Notes: a model not told the origin generated them from the letters alone. Numbered from the whole stretch's first letter, positions 25,701 through 37,400 are shown. The stretch: 46,951 nucleotides of DNA, filler included, from Narcine bancroftii (GCF_036971445.1; 2 parts of 2 records of this genome joined end to end with filler, not necessarily neighbours in it), one strand, 5' to 3'. Translations and numbers: made by a program.

Positions 25701-27769
25701 AAATATGATGAGTTAGGGGAAAGATCAAATTAAGTTTTGGCTTGGCAATTAAAAATGGAACAACCTTGTAGAACAATTAATGCTATACAACAGGATAATG
25801 ATGAAGTTACATATAAACCACAAAGAATTAATGATGCATTTAAGGAATTTTATGAGAAGTTATATACACCTGATTCACTACAAGTTGAAGCTATAATTAG
25901 TTGTCACAATTAACATTACCATCTTTGACTCAAGAAAAATCAGATCGATTACAGAGTTCTTTTACTGAGCAGATTTATGATGCGCTTACTAGTTTAAATA
26001 ATGATATATATCCAAGTGAAGATGGTTTCCAGTTGAATTTAATAGAGTTTAAAAATTTATTGATTCCATTATTTATGAAAGTAATAGAACAAGCTTATAA
26101 AAAACATAGTCTTCCAGAAACTTTTTCCATGGCAATAATTACAATTATTCCTAAAAAAAGATAGGGACCTATTAAAGGCTACTTCTTATAGACATATCTT
26201 TGCTAAAAATAGATTATAAAATTGTAGTATTGGTGAATATGATTAATGAATATCTTCCTGATTTAATAAAATATGGATCAGACAGGTTTTGTTAAAAATG
26301 GACAAACTTTAGAGAATATAGTAAGGTTATTGAGTATAATTCATTTAGCTCAGAAAAAAAAAGTCTTATTGTAGTGTTAGATGCGGAAAAAGCCTTGGAT
26401 GGTTTAGAGTAAGAATTTTTATTGAAGGTGTTAGGTAAATTTGGTTTTCGTATTGACTTTATCAACTGGATTAAGGCCTTGTATAGAAGTCCCAAAGCTA
26501 AAGTGATTACTAATGGACAGATGTCTCAATCTTTAAAATAAATAGATCTATTAGGCAACTTTGTTTTAGCTGTAGAACCACTTGCACAAAAGATTAGAAA
26601 TGATCAACAATTAAATGGATTTGAGATAAATCAGGTACAACGTAGAGTTAGTTTATTTGCTGATGATGTATTAGTTTATTTAACTCAACAACAAACATCA
26701 TTACCAAGACTCTAGTCATTTGTTAGATTATGGGAAAATTTTGGGATACAAGATATATTAGGATAAAAGTGAATTAATGGAACTTGTAAAAGGAGATTAT
26801 TCACAATGTAGACAAGCGATTTGTTTTAAATGGCAGATAAGATAAAATATTTAGGTGTACACATTGATGCTAATTTGAAAAATGTATATAAATTAAATTA
26901 TATTCGACTTCTTAAAAAGATAGAGGAAGATTTAATGAAATGGGGACGTTTACAGATTACATTAATTGGGAGAATTAATTGTATTAAAATGAATATTTTT
27001 ACACAACTTCAATATTTATTCCAAACTTTACCTATATCTCTATCACAAATTTTTTTTCAAGATTTAAATAAGCAAGTTAGGAAATTTCTTAGGAAAGGGA
27101 AGATGGCAAAAACGTCATTAGAAAAATTATCATGGAAATATGAACATGGAGGATTACAACTTCCCGATTTTAAGAATTATTACAGAGCAGCACAATTAAG
27201 ATTTTTAGTTCTTATGTTTGTTAAAATTAAACCATCATGGGTGGATATTGAACTAAATCAGAGAAGTTAAACCGGATGAGTGTATTTATAAATGAGATTT
27301 TAAATCCAATGTAATAGATAAGGAAGCTCTGCTACTAAAACATTTGTTGAACATCTGGAATAAAGTTAAATTAGAAATTGATGGATATATCCTTTCATTA
27401 AAAACACTAGTAATTAATCCTTTTTTTTCCAAAAGATGATCCTTATTTAAATATATGGCATCACAAGGGAATCTCTAATTTGGGGGATTGTGATAATAAT
27501 AATAGAATTATGTCTTTTGATCAATTAATGATTAAATATGGTGCACCTTACAATACATTATTTTGTTATTTTCAATTGAGGACTTATTTGAGAGAGAAAT
27601 TAGGACCAGAAATGTTTTAAAAGATCTTTCAAATTTGGAACAAATCATGGCTGATGAAATTATTAAAAAGTTTATTTCAATTGCATATTTATTATTACAA
27701 GAACAGACACCGAAAGTAGGTTTGTTTAATTCAAATGAAAGATGGAAATAGGATTTGGACACGATAATA
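22788..27769 (+). mobile_element. Decayed L1-clade LINE with intact 5' end, running into the gap
   Basis: G-rich start ggggaggtcatgtgatg; ORF1 remnants ~22936-24100 (LENYRRRNNLKIIG); ORF2 from ~24434: APE (VGGDFN), RT (SLFADD near 26656, IKYLGV, GGLQLPDFKNYY); many stops and frameshifts. Confidence 0.93.
24502..24745. mobile_element. Probable solo LTR inserted in the L1 endonuclease domain
   Basis: GC-rich TGTGG...CCACA block interrupting AT-rich ORF2 (KV^LSYIKKLGVDIAFL); TSD only partly preserved. Confidence 0.7.
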
Positions 27770-27869
27770 NNNNNNNNNNNNNNNNNNNNNNNNNNNNNNN
27801 NNNNNNNNNNNNNTTAATTAATTAANNNNNNNNNNNNNNNNNNNNNNNNNNNNNNNNNNNNNNNNNNNN
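27770..27869. other. Artificial contig-joining spacer N44-TTAATTAATTAA-N44
   Basis: Exactly 100 bp and symmetric; the palindromic 12-mer has TAA stops in all six frames. Confidence 0.93.
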
Positions 27870-28013
27870 TCGTCGCCATCTTCTTTCCACCTTTATATTC
27901 ACTTTACTTTGATTTTTATTTCTGTGCCTTTGTGTTTTGCTTTGTTTTTTCTGACTTTTCTGGAGAGGGCTGGAGTTCACCGTCCGGCCACTACTCCATC
28001 ACGTGACTCCTCC
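27870..28013 (-). mobile_element. 5' UTR and ORF1 start of an L1-like element, antisense within ERV gag
   Basis: Minus strand reads GGAGGAGTCACGTGATGG...A-rich...AAGATGGCGACGA (ATG at 27879); start resembles the L1 5' end at 22788. Confidence 0.65.
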
Positions 28014-28524
28014 CTCCTTCAGCTTTCTGACTGGATTGCGGGCGGCAATACAGCAATATGGGGGGTTAGATATAGAGTCGCCGGCGGGGGAACAGTTAGT
28101 TTTGACAGGATTTGTTACAAATTCAGCCCCAGACGTAAGAAAGAAACTCCAAAAGACTAAAAATTGGCACAAACAGGGATTATCACAACTTCTACAAATA
28201 GCCCAGAGAGCTTACGTTCAGAGAAGTGAGGATAAGCAGAAAAGAAAGGTGAAGATATTAATGCAGGCGGGAAAGGAAGTCGTAGATGGACAGCAGGGAA
28301 GTCAAAGTGGATGGATGGGAATGAGAGAAAGAGGAGGGCCAGGATGGGATGAACAACAGGGTCCCCGACCACAAGCGGGGGCCCCAAGAGGTGGTCCCAA
28401 CAAAGGATGGCAGACAGGGCCCAAGGTTTGTTACTATTGTAAGAGAGAGGGACACTTCAAGAGGGAATGCCCCCAGAGGGCTAGGGACACACGGTCCTAT
28501 GCCCTGATGGAGGAGGAAGATTAG
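28014..28524 (+). pseudogene. gag: ERV gag C-terminal part (capsid CTD and single CCHC zinc knuckle)
   Basis: FVTNSAPDVRKKLQK; CYYCKREGHFKRECP; TAG at 28522-28524. Confidence 0.9.
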
Positions 28525-31500
28525 GGAAGTCAGGGTTCTCCCGTAAAGAGTGCCATGGGACTGCATGGAGAACCATTGGTAAACTTAAGCATAGGACCCC
28601 ACGAAGAGGACATGATCTTTATGGTAGACTCAGGAGCAGCTCGTTCTAGCATTCTAACCAAACCCAAAGGAACGGTGCCTAATGGAAAAGTAGTCATTTC
28701 GGGAGTTGGGGGATCTAATTTTGAGGTTCCAGAAGTAAGGGGCCTCAGGATACAAATAGGGAGAAAAGTAATAACGGGAGACCTTCTACTGGTTCCCCAG
28801 GCAGGAGTCTGCCTGCTGGGACGAGATTTGCATGATTTATTGGGTATCGGGACCCGGCCTCAAGGAAAGGGAATTGGGGTCCAGTTCTACACATTGACAC
28901 AAGAAGATCGTGAGTTGATCGATCCCAAGGTGTGGGCCAAGAAGGGAAATAGAGGGGGGTTGGATGTTCCCCCACTTCGGGTCACGCTAAAAGACCCCAG
29001 TCAGATCGTCAGACGAAAGCAATATCCCATCCCAATGGAGGGAAGGAAGGGGCTGCAACCCGTAATTGATCAATTATTATTGGACGGGTTACTTGAACCC
29101 TGTATGTCCCCCTTTAACAACCCAATAGTGCCAGTTCAAAAACCAGACGGTACTTATCGGCTGGTACAGGACCTACGAGAGTTAAATAAGGTAATTCTGC
29201 CCGATAGCCCGTTGTGCCTAATCCATATACTATTATGGGAAAAATAGATCCAAATAGTAAATGGTTTAGTGTGATAGACCTGAAAGATGCATTTTGGGCT
29301 TGCCCTCTGGATGAGGGTAATAGGGACATGTTTGCCTTTGAATGGGAAAATCCATATACTGGATGAAAGAACCAGTATCGCTGGACAGTTCTCCCACAAG
29401 GCTTTACAGAGTCCCCTAATCTGTTTGGCCAGGTATTAGAACAAGTGTTGGAAGAAGCTCCAAAAAGATCAGTCTGTCAACTAATACAATATGTAGATGA
29501 TTTATTAATCACAGGAAAAGAACAGGAGGCTGTCAAACAATATACGGTGGATATGTTAAACTTTCTGGGAGAAAAGGGGCTGAGAGTAAGTGAGGCGAAA
29601 TTGCAATTTGTGCAGCCAGAGGTAAAATACCTGGTCCATCTAATTAGTCAGAGGTGTCGGCGAATAAGCCCGGAGAGAATACATGGTATTTTGCAGGTCC
29701 CACCTCCCAAGGAGCTCAGGAACTTCCTTGGTCTGGTGGGATATTGCCGAATTTGGATAGAAAATTATTCTAGTTTGGTAAAAATTTTTGTATGATAAGT
29801 TAGCTGGCCTAGATAATTCTCTTGTTGTCTGGACAGAGGAAGAAATGGAGGGATTTAAGAGGATAAAGAGTTGTCTCGCCAAGGCTCCAGTGATTTGAAT
29901 AAACCATTTGACTTATTTACTAATGCAAAGGATGGGGCAGCTACAGGTGTATTGACCCAGGAGCGAATGGGGCTCTGGCAACCAGTGGCGTTTTTGTCCA
30001 AAGTATTGGACCCAGTTTGCCACGGATGGCCGGAGTGTGTCCAGGCTATTGCTGCCACCGCTGTCCTGGTAGAAGAGGGTCGAAAGATTACCTTTGGCGC
30101 ACCCATGACTGTCCATACCCCGCACACAGTTAGAACTATTCTGTTACAGCGTGCGGGTAGATGGTTGACTGATTCGAGAATTCTAAAATATGAGGCAATT
30201 TTGATGGACCGAGATGACTTGACGCTGGTTACTAATCGGGACCAGAACCCAGCTGCATTCTTAGTATCTCCATCAAGTGAGACGGCTTATGATCAGCTGG
30301 AACATGAGTGCTTGGAAATAATAGATTTGCAAACTAAGATCCAGAGCGATCTAGGGGATGAGCCTCTATGTGAGGGAGAGAGATGGTTTATAGATGGTTC
30401 TTCTCGTTGTATAGAAGGAACTCATTACAGTGGATATGGCATAGTGGATGGAAAAGATGGTTCTGTTATCGAAGCTGGTCACCTCCCTGGTCCCTGGTCG
30501 GCTCAGACATGTGAATTATATGCACTGTGTCGAGCCCTCCAGGGACTACAGGGGAAAGTAGGAACAATTTACACAGATTCTAAATATGCTTTTGGAGTTG
30601 TACATAACCTTTGGAAAAATTTGGAAGGAACGGGGGTTAATTACAGGAAAGGGCCAAAAATTAGTCCATGAAAATTTAATAATCAAATGTTTGGATGCTT
30701 TAATGCTGCCTAAGGAGGTGGCCATGATCCATGTACGGGGACATCAGATAGGGGAAAGCCCCGAAGCCTGAGGTAATAGACAGGCAGATGAGGTCGCAAA
30801 GGAAGCATCCATGGGAGAGACTATACAAATGTACGTGTTGTTACCTGTACCCCAGGAGTTACAGAAAAATCCTATTTTTACCGAGGCAGAGCAGAGGCAG
30901 ATGGAGACACAGGGGATGTATAAGATCCGAGATGGACTGTGGTGGACAACAGGCGGGTTAAAGTATTAAATCCGGCAGTAGCAAGACAGGTTATAACCGG
31001 ACTCCTTCTGCAATCACACTGGGGAACATAGGCATTGGTTGATGCCTTTAGTAGCCGGTACTATTGCTTTGGTATTTATACCTTCGCTAAGCAAAGTGTT
31101 CAGGGGTGTCCCCTATTGTCAATGGGTAAATAAAGCCTCCATGCGTAAGTCCATGAGTGGCGGTCGTGGCTTGACTATGCGCCCCTTTCAGCGCATGCAG
31201 GTTGATTTCACTGAATTACCCAGGTCCAGTAATTATAAGTACCTGTTAGTAATGATGGACCACTTTACCCTTTGGGTTGAGGCTTGTCCTACTTCAAATG
31301 ACCGAGCCAGAACAGTGGTTCGATTAATTCTACGATACGGAATTATCGAGACCATTGACTCGGATAGAGGACCGCACTTTACGTCCCGTGTGCTGCAAGA
31401 GGTCTGTAGATTTTTGGGCATAGATTGGCAATTACATACCCCATGGCACCCTCAGAGTTCAGGACGTGTAGAACGTATGAATCAGACGCTTAAACTTCAG

Positions 31501-32040
31501 CTCACCCGCCTGTGTGCTGAGACAGGTCTCTCCTGGTTTAAATGTTTACCCCTGGCTTTGATTCATATTCGTACCGCTCCCCGTCGTGATATTGCCGTCT
31601 CCCCGTATGAAATGATGTTCGGCCTTCCTTATCTGGGCTCCCATACAGACCTCCCAATACCGGAGGCAAATGACCAATTTATATCTAAGTATCTGCAGGA
31701 ACTTTCCACCACGTTGGCTGATCTGAGAAGGGGGTTTCTAGCACAGACGCCGCCTTTGGAATTCCCCATACATACCATTCAACCCAGTGACTGGGTATTG
31801 ATAAAGAGTTGGAAAGATGTTAAGTTGATGCCAACCTGGGATGGTCCTTTTTGTATCCTTCTTGTTACAGGCACTGCAGTTCGCACTCGAGAAAAGGGTT
31901 GGACGCATGTTCAGCGAGTAAAGTGGTATCGTTCGCCCCCCGAGACTCACGAGGACCCATGGGACTCCGAGTGGTGGTCCGAGTTACACCCCAATAGACT
32001 TAAATTGACTTTGCGAAAGAAGGATCCAAGAAAATGTTAA
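28525..32040 (+). pseudogene. pol: ERV pro-pol, disrupted
   Basis: PR FMVDSGA; RT YRLVQDLRELN, LPQGF, YVDD (29490); RNase H WFIDGSS, YTDSKYAF; IN QVDF, DSDRGPHF, SSGRVERMN, WDGPF; several frameshifts and stops. Confidence 0.93.
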
Positions 32041-33840
32041 AAATGTGTCTTTTACTCTCTATTGTGGGGATGGGTTGTTTCATTGCTGCTGATAAACTAA
32101 TCGATGTTACAAGCTGTGTGAAAAATATTTGTAAGAGGACTACCTTACCCCTCTGTTCCCAGCTGGGTTGTGAAAAGTCCTACTGGATACAGGGCAGCAC
32201 TGAGGGAGGTGAGAAGGGAGGTGGAATGAGACAGGAGAGGATCTTTGAGGCTTGGTCAAATGTGCCAGTCCAATGCGTAGCGAATGTTATCTTTAAGATT
32301 TGCTCCTTCGGGGGCAGGACGTTTTTGGCTCTTTGTTGTCATGGGGGCGGTGGGTCTCGTGGCTGTCCACCCCGGGGCCGGATATGTATGTCTCCTGGCT
32401 TCGGCAATCCAGGGGACCCCTTAGTTCGAACGGCAACGTACCTGGAACTGGAAACGACCATGGCTCCAACTACCACCTCCCCACATGGAGTCCGCAGGAG
32501 CCTGTATGAGAGGGCCAGGAAACAGGTGAATAGACACAGACTTGGGGATAACTTATGGGTTGATTTACACCAGCTTACAGTCCAGGAGCTTTGGGTCCGT
32601 AACTGTTGGATTTGTAGTGGACCAACCCGGGATGGAACTTGGCCATGGAGAGGTGAGCCATTAGATGATCGTACACTTCTTGCCTCCAATCTTTCCACTA
32701 GCACTTCTGGTCAATCCCGTGAGTCTTGAAAGATGGAAAATCATCCACAAGGCTTTGAGTGCTTGGTAAAAGAACACGGCAGGTACCCAAAGGGTGATTT
32801 GGCTTGCCGGCGCTGGAAAAATATTACTAGTGGAAATTGAGTTCCAACCCTTCCTACCGGTTTCCTGTCCCTTTCTAATTGATCAGATGTTCCCTGTGTA
32901 CCCCCGGTTCCCATTAATGACACTTCTGACCTTGCTGACATTGAGTTTTGGAATTGCACTGGTTTCAATCCGTATCAGGCTATTCCTGCACTGAGATCCT
33001 ACTGGGAAGATTCTAGTCCTTCCGGCTATGCACCCGACGGATTATATTGGATTTGTGGGAATATGGCTTATACACACCTTGAACCCGACTGGAGTGGGAC
33101 TTGTTGTATTGGTATGATTCAACCACATTTTCATCTTCTTCCTCCAGATTCCGATGAACATATTTCCACTCGATTACATTCCCCCATACGACGCCGTTCG
33201 GTTGAGATCGGCAAATGGGGGGATGACTGGCCCCCTGAACGCATAATTTTGTACTATGGACCAGCTACGTGGGCACGGGATGGCTCATGGGGGTACTGAA
33301 GTCCAATCTACATGCTTGATTGTTTAATTCGTTTGCAGGCTGTCCTAGAAATAATTACTAACCAGACAGCTACTGCCTTAGATTTGTTGGCAGAGGAACA
33401 ACAGCAAATCCGGGCTACCGTTTATCAGAACCGCCTAGCCCTGGACTATTTATTGGCTGCAGAAGGTGGTGTGTGTGGCAAGCTGAATCTCTCTTAATTG
33501 CTGCCTTAAAATTGATAATAATGGACAAGCTGTTAAAGATATTTCTTCAGGTATACGGAAACTCTCCCATGTGCCTGTGCAAACATGGCACCCCGCCGTT
33601 GGCTCATGGTTGTATAAATGGTTTAGTGGCTCCTGGTCATGGATACATTCAGCACTTATCTTTTCTGCCTTTATACTTCTTGCCTTAATACTGACCCCTT
33701 GCATCCTTCCTTGCCTCCAGTGTTTGGTTAGACGAGCCATTCGACAAATCAGTCCCATTACGGTTCTGCAACAACAGGATTATGCTGAGGCGGCAAAGAA
33801 CCTTCTGAAACTATGGGAAAAAGAAACTTCTATTATTTAG
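32034..33840 (+). pseudogene. env: ERV env (gamma-type, ERV3/HERV-I-like), disrupted
   Basis: Signal peptide, SU NCWIC, furin-like [43 protein letters not shown] helix; premature stops and a +1 insertion near 33495. Confidence 0.93.
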
Positions 33841-33877
33841 ACAGGTTTGAAAGCGTAGCTCTTTTTAAGGGGTGGAT

Positions 33878-34400
33878 TGTAAGAGTTTAGAAACAGTTAT
33901 TTTAATGGTTATTATTTTAATTGTAGTTTAGAAACAGTTATCATTTTAATGGTAGGAGTTCTGAAACAGTTATAGAAGGTAGACAGAAATAGCAAGGAAA
34001 AAGCTAAAATGTTCTTTGTGTAAAATGGCGCATGAAAAAAGCAGAACAAAGTAAACAAGATAACAGGAATTTAAGCAGACATAGAAATATGCACGTACAC
34101 ATAAAGAGCTTGTTTAATAGGGGGTGGGGAAAGGAGGTGTGAGCACGGGATAAGAGAAAGTTGGAGTCAGTCAAGACTCAGACGAATAGGGAAAAGTGCC
34201 AAACCAATCCAAGAAGGACAAACGTAAGGGGAGGTGAAGTGAAAATTGTATAAAAACAAAGAAGCTTTCCACCCTCGGGGTACTTTCCCCGAGGTAAGGG
34301 AAGAGTACCCAACCTTGCAATGTTGTAAATATTAATAAATGTTCTTTGTTCTCATCTTTTGTCTCGAGCATATTTTGTGAACGCGAAGGCATTTCTCACA
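33878..34400 (+). repeat. ERV 3' LTR
   Basis: PPT aaggggtgga, TGTAAGA...TCTCACA ends, CCAAT 34204, TATAAAA 34249, AATAAA 34334. Confidence 0.9.
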
Positions 34401-34824
34401 CTTCCTCCACCGATGGTAGTAGTGACTGAGGCAGCTTTGACCAAGACGTCGCCTCGTGTCAACGTCCTCTCAACGGAGTAAAGTCTGGCGTAGCAAGCTG
34501 AGTGAATAACACCCTCCCACTCTCCTGAGCATTGGCGGCGATGTCCTGGCCCCCACCCTCCCCCGCCAGCAGGAGCCTCCGAATCTCCACAGACACCTTG
34601 CGAAGTTCCTGCCGATCGTCCTCCCTCCCTGGACTCTTCCCTCGTGGCTGTCTGCCAGCAACCGCGGCAAGGTCGTCGGGACTGCGCCCGGCCATAGGGC
34701 CGTGGGACGGGGTCCGAGCACGAATCTTTGGCCAACTGCTGTTCCTTTGTGAGAACAGAGAAAGTTTCTTACCCATCAATTAACAATTGTTTTAAAGGAC
34801 CAGACGCCGAAATCTTGAACTGGC

Positions 34825-34830
34825 TTTATT
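34825..34830 (-). terminator. Putative ING4 polyadenylation signal
   Basis: First AATAAA on the minus strand, ~260 nt after the ING4 stop. Confidence 0.6.
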
Positions 34831-35087
34831 CTGAATTTGCTGACTTCCTGCACCATCCCTCCCTGCTCCCACTTCTTCCCTGGGCTCCCACACCGGTGAA
34901 CGGAGGTGGGGGTGGGGGGAGAGAGTCTGGACGAGCCAGAGTTTTGCATTCTGTAGGGGGAGGTGGGAGAAGGGGGGTTAGGACGCGGAGGATGTGGTGG
35001 TCGGGGAGGGGACTTCTTCTCCCTCCCCCCCCGCCCGAAGGTGGGGGAGAAGGGCGCAGCGGGTGGGGAACCAGCCGTGATCTCCGG

Positions 35088-35127
35088 TTACTTCCGCTTC
35101 CTCTCCTGAAGGCATCTGGGACAGTAC
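35088..35127 (-). CDS. ING4: ING4 exon 8 (coding part)
   Basis: cgcag|G TAC..., (W)YCPRCLQERKRK*. Confidence 0.93.
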
Positions 35128-35269
35128 CTGCGATGTAGGTGGGGGGGGGGGGGGAGGGGGGTGTAAGAGAGGGGAGTGGGGGGAGAGAGAGGAGGGTCAA
35201 ACACACTGTTCTCTTGTCCAGAAGAGTCCACGACGTATTCCCAGCGCAGTCCCCACAGCACAGTATTAT

Positions 35270-36090
35270 CCCCGCAGGCCCCATCACAGTTCTTGCAAGT
35301 ACCATAGAATCCCAAAAGGCCTCATCAGTCCTGCAGGTCCCAGTAGAATCCCTGGATGCCCCATCACAGTTCCTGCAGGTCCCAGTAGAATCCCCACAAC
35401 CCCATTGTGAAAGATAATAGAATATAGGAAGTAAAGTTAGTATGAATGAAATAAAGAATAATAGACTAGACTAGAGGAAGTTAAGTAAGTGCTGAATAGG
35501 GATGAATTCCGATAAAGAGTGTGAGGAAGGGTTACGCAAGTATAATAGAAGAAGGGTCTTATAGTGATAGAAAGAATTAGCAAATTCTGGTAGTAAGTCC
35601 TGGGGGTTGAGATGTGTGAATAAGAACAAAGGCAGATTCATGAATAAGGACAATGACATGATGGGACCCAGACAGGATACCCCATGGTCTTTCAAGTTTA
35701 CAGAAACTGCAGTAGGCAGACAGAATTACCAAATGCCAAATCAATCCAGGAGGCAGAAGAATGTTAAGAGGGGGGAGGGTATCTTTACACTGAAATGAAC
35801 TGTATAAAAGTTGGGTGAGCCCCAGTATGTGTGTGCATTCCCATGGTAAGGGGAAGCACCCAACTTTGCACTGTTGTACAATAAATGTTCTTTGTTCTCA
35901 ATTTTTGTCTCGAGCGAAATCTGTGAAGGTACTTCTGTTTCTCATACCATCACAGTCCCTGCAGGCCCCATCACAGTCCCGCAGGCCCTATCACAGTTCC
36001 TGCAGGTCCCAGTAGAATCCCCACAACCCCATCACAGTCCCTGCAGGTCCCAGTGGAATCCCCGCCAGCCCCATCACAGTCCCTGCAGGT
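35270..36090. repeat. ~40-bp minisatellite (ccccatcacagtYcctgcaggtcccagtagaatccc) split by a solo LTR
   Basis: Units visible at ~35270-35405 and 35947-36090. Confidence 0.8.
35406..35946 (+). mobile_element. Solo ERV LTR in ING4 intron 7, related to the provirus LTR
   Basis: TGTGA...CTCATA, TSD CCAT on both sides; shares tgtataaaa, ggtaaggg, aataaatgttctttgttctca and tttgtctcgagc with 33878-34400. Confidence 0.9.
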
Positions 36091-36106
36091 ACCAACACAC
36101 TCTCAC

Positions 36107-36168
36107 CATTTTCCTCGCGGTTTCGTTGTGAGTCCAACACAAGCAAAGTGGAACCATTCGATGGAGCA
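36107..36168 (-). CDS. ING4: ING4 exon 7 (PHD finger)
   Basis: 62 bp, ag/gt; [20 protein letters not shown](W). Confidence 0.96.
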
Positions 36169-36189
36169 CTGAGGGTTAGAGAGGGGGGT

Positions 36190-36860
36190 GCACAGAGAGA
36201 GATGGGTGTACAGATGAGGTGGAGAGAGGGAGAGAGGGACGAGGAGAGAGAGAGAGGCGGGGTAGAGATGAGGTGGAGAGAGGGAGAGATGAGGGGAGAG
36301 AGAGAGAGAGACGGGGTAGAGGTGAGGTGGAAAGAGGGAGATGAGGGAGAGAGAGAGACGGGGTAGAGGTGAGGTGGAAAGAGGGAGAGATGAGAGAGAG
36401 AGACGGGGTAGAGGTGAGGTGGAAAGAGGGAGAGATGAGGGAGAGAGAGCGACGGGGTAGAGGTGAGGTGGAAAGAGGGAGAGAGGGACGAGGAGAGAGG
36501 CAGGGTAGAGATGAGGTGGAGAGAGGGAGAGATGAGGGGAGAGAGAGACGGGGTAGAGGTGAGGTGGAAAGAGGGAGAGATGAGAGAGACGGGGTAGAGG
36601 TGAGGTGGAAAGAGGGAGAGATGAGGGAGAGAGAGCGACGGGGTAGAGGTGAGGTGGAAAGAGGGAGAGAGTGACGAGGAGAGAGGCAGGGTAGAGATGA
36701 GGTGGAGGGAGAGATGAGGGGAGAGAGAGAGACGGGATAGAGGTGAGGTGGAAAGAGGGAGAGATGAGAGAGAGAGACGGGGTAGAGGTGAGGTGGAAAG
36801 AGGGAGAGATGAGAGAGAGAGAGACGGGGTAGAGGTGAGGTAGAAAGTGGGAGAGATGGG
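36190..36860. repeat. Purine-rich minisatellite (gagagacggggtagaggtgaggtggaaagagggagagatga)
   Basis: Variable ~40-45-bp unit repeated through ING4 intron 6. Confidence 0.9.
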
Positions 36861-37007
36861 GAGAGAGACAGATGGTGGAGAGAGAAATGGGGAGGAGAGA
36901 CAGATAGGAAGAGAGAGGTTAAATATATGATTAAGATTAATGCGACACATCCCCCCTCCCCTTCTGCCCTCCCCCCCGTCTCTCTCCCCCCTATCTGACA
37001 CACTCAC

Positions 37008-37152
37008 ATCAGCATTATCACACCCGATCATCTCTCCGTACGACACCTGGTGGCAGAGGCAGTAGGTCGGTTCGTTGGGATCGACCGGCATGTCCAGGAC
37101 GTCTGATGGGTGCACGTTCCCGAAACTGATGGAGGGAGCCACGAACTCCACC
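37008..37152 (-). CDS. ING4: ING4 exon 6 (PHD finger start)
   Basis: 145 bp, ag/gt; [48 protein letters not shown]. Confidence 0.96.
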
Positions 37153-37291
37153 CTGCGGGGTGGGGAGATGGACAGATAGTGAGGGGGGGGGGGGGAGGTA
37201 AGAGTACAATCTTACCCTCCCTCGCATACATTCACCCCGGGACGGACGAAGGGGCAGTAGACGGACAAGGGGGGGCTTCCCTGATCCTCAC

Positions 37292-37400
37292 GTGTGAGCC
37301 ATCTTCAGCTTCTTCTGCCCGATCTTTGGCGCCTCTTCGTCGGAGCCCTTCATCTTCGACCGATTCCGAGCCGTCTTCTTCTCCCGGTGACCCCGGCCCT
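37292..37400 (-). CDS. ING4: ING4 exon 5 (NLS region)
   Basis: 109 bp, acag|AG...AC|gtgagg; (K)GRGHREKKTARNRSKMKGSDEEAPKIGQKKLKMAH(T). Confidence 0.92.

Larger units (their letters stand above)
28014..34400 (+). mobile_element. Defective class I endogenous retrovirus (HERV-I/ERV3-like): partial gag, pro-pol, env, 3' LTR
   Basis: Order CA/NC-PR-RT-RH-IN-Env-PPT-LTR with all diagnostic motifs present. Confidence 0.95.

Noticed and set aside
32727-33299. APOBEC-type hypermutation behind the env stop codons
   Set aside because: Only a few probable TGG>TGA changes in mixed contexts, plus CGA>TGA decay; cannot be claimed without a consensus
32034-33840. Domesticated syncytin-like env gene
   Set aside because: Multiple stops and a frameshift in a provirus decaying throughout
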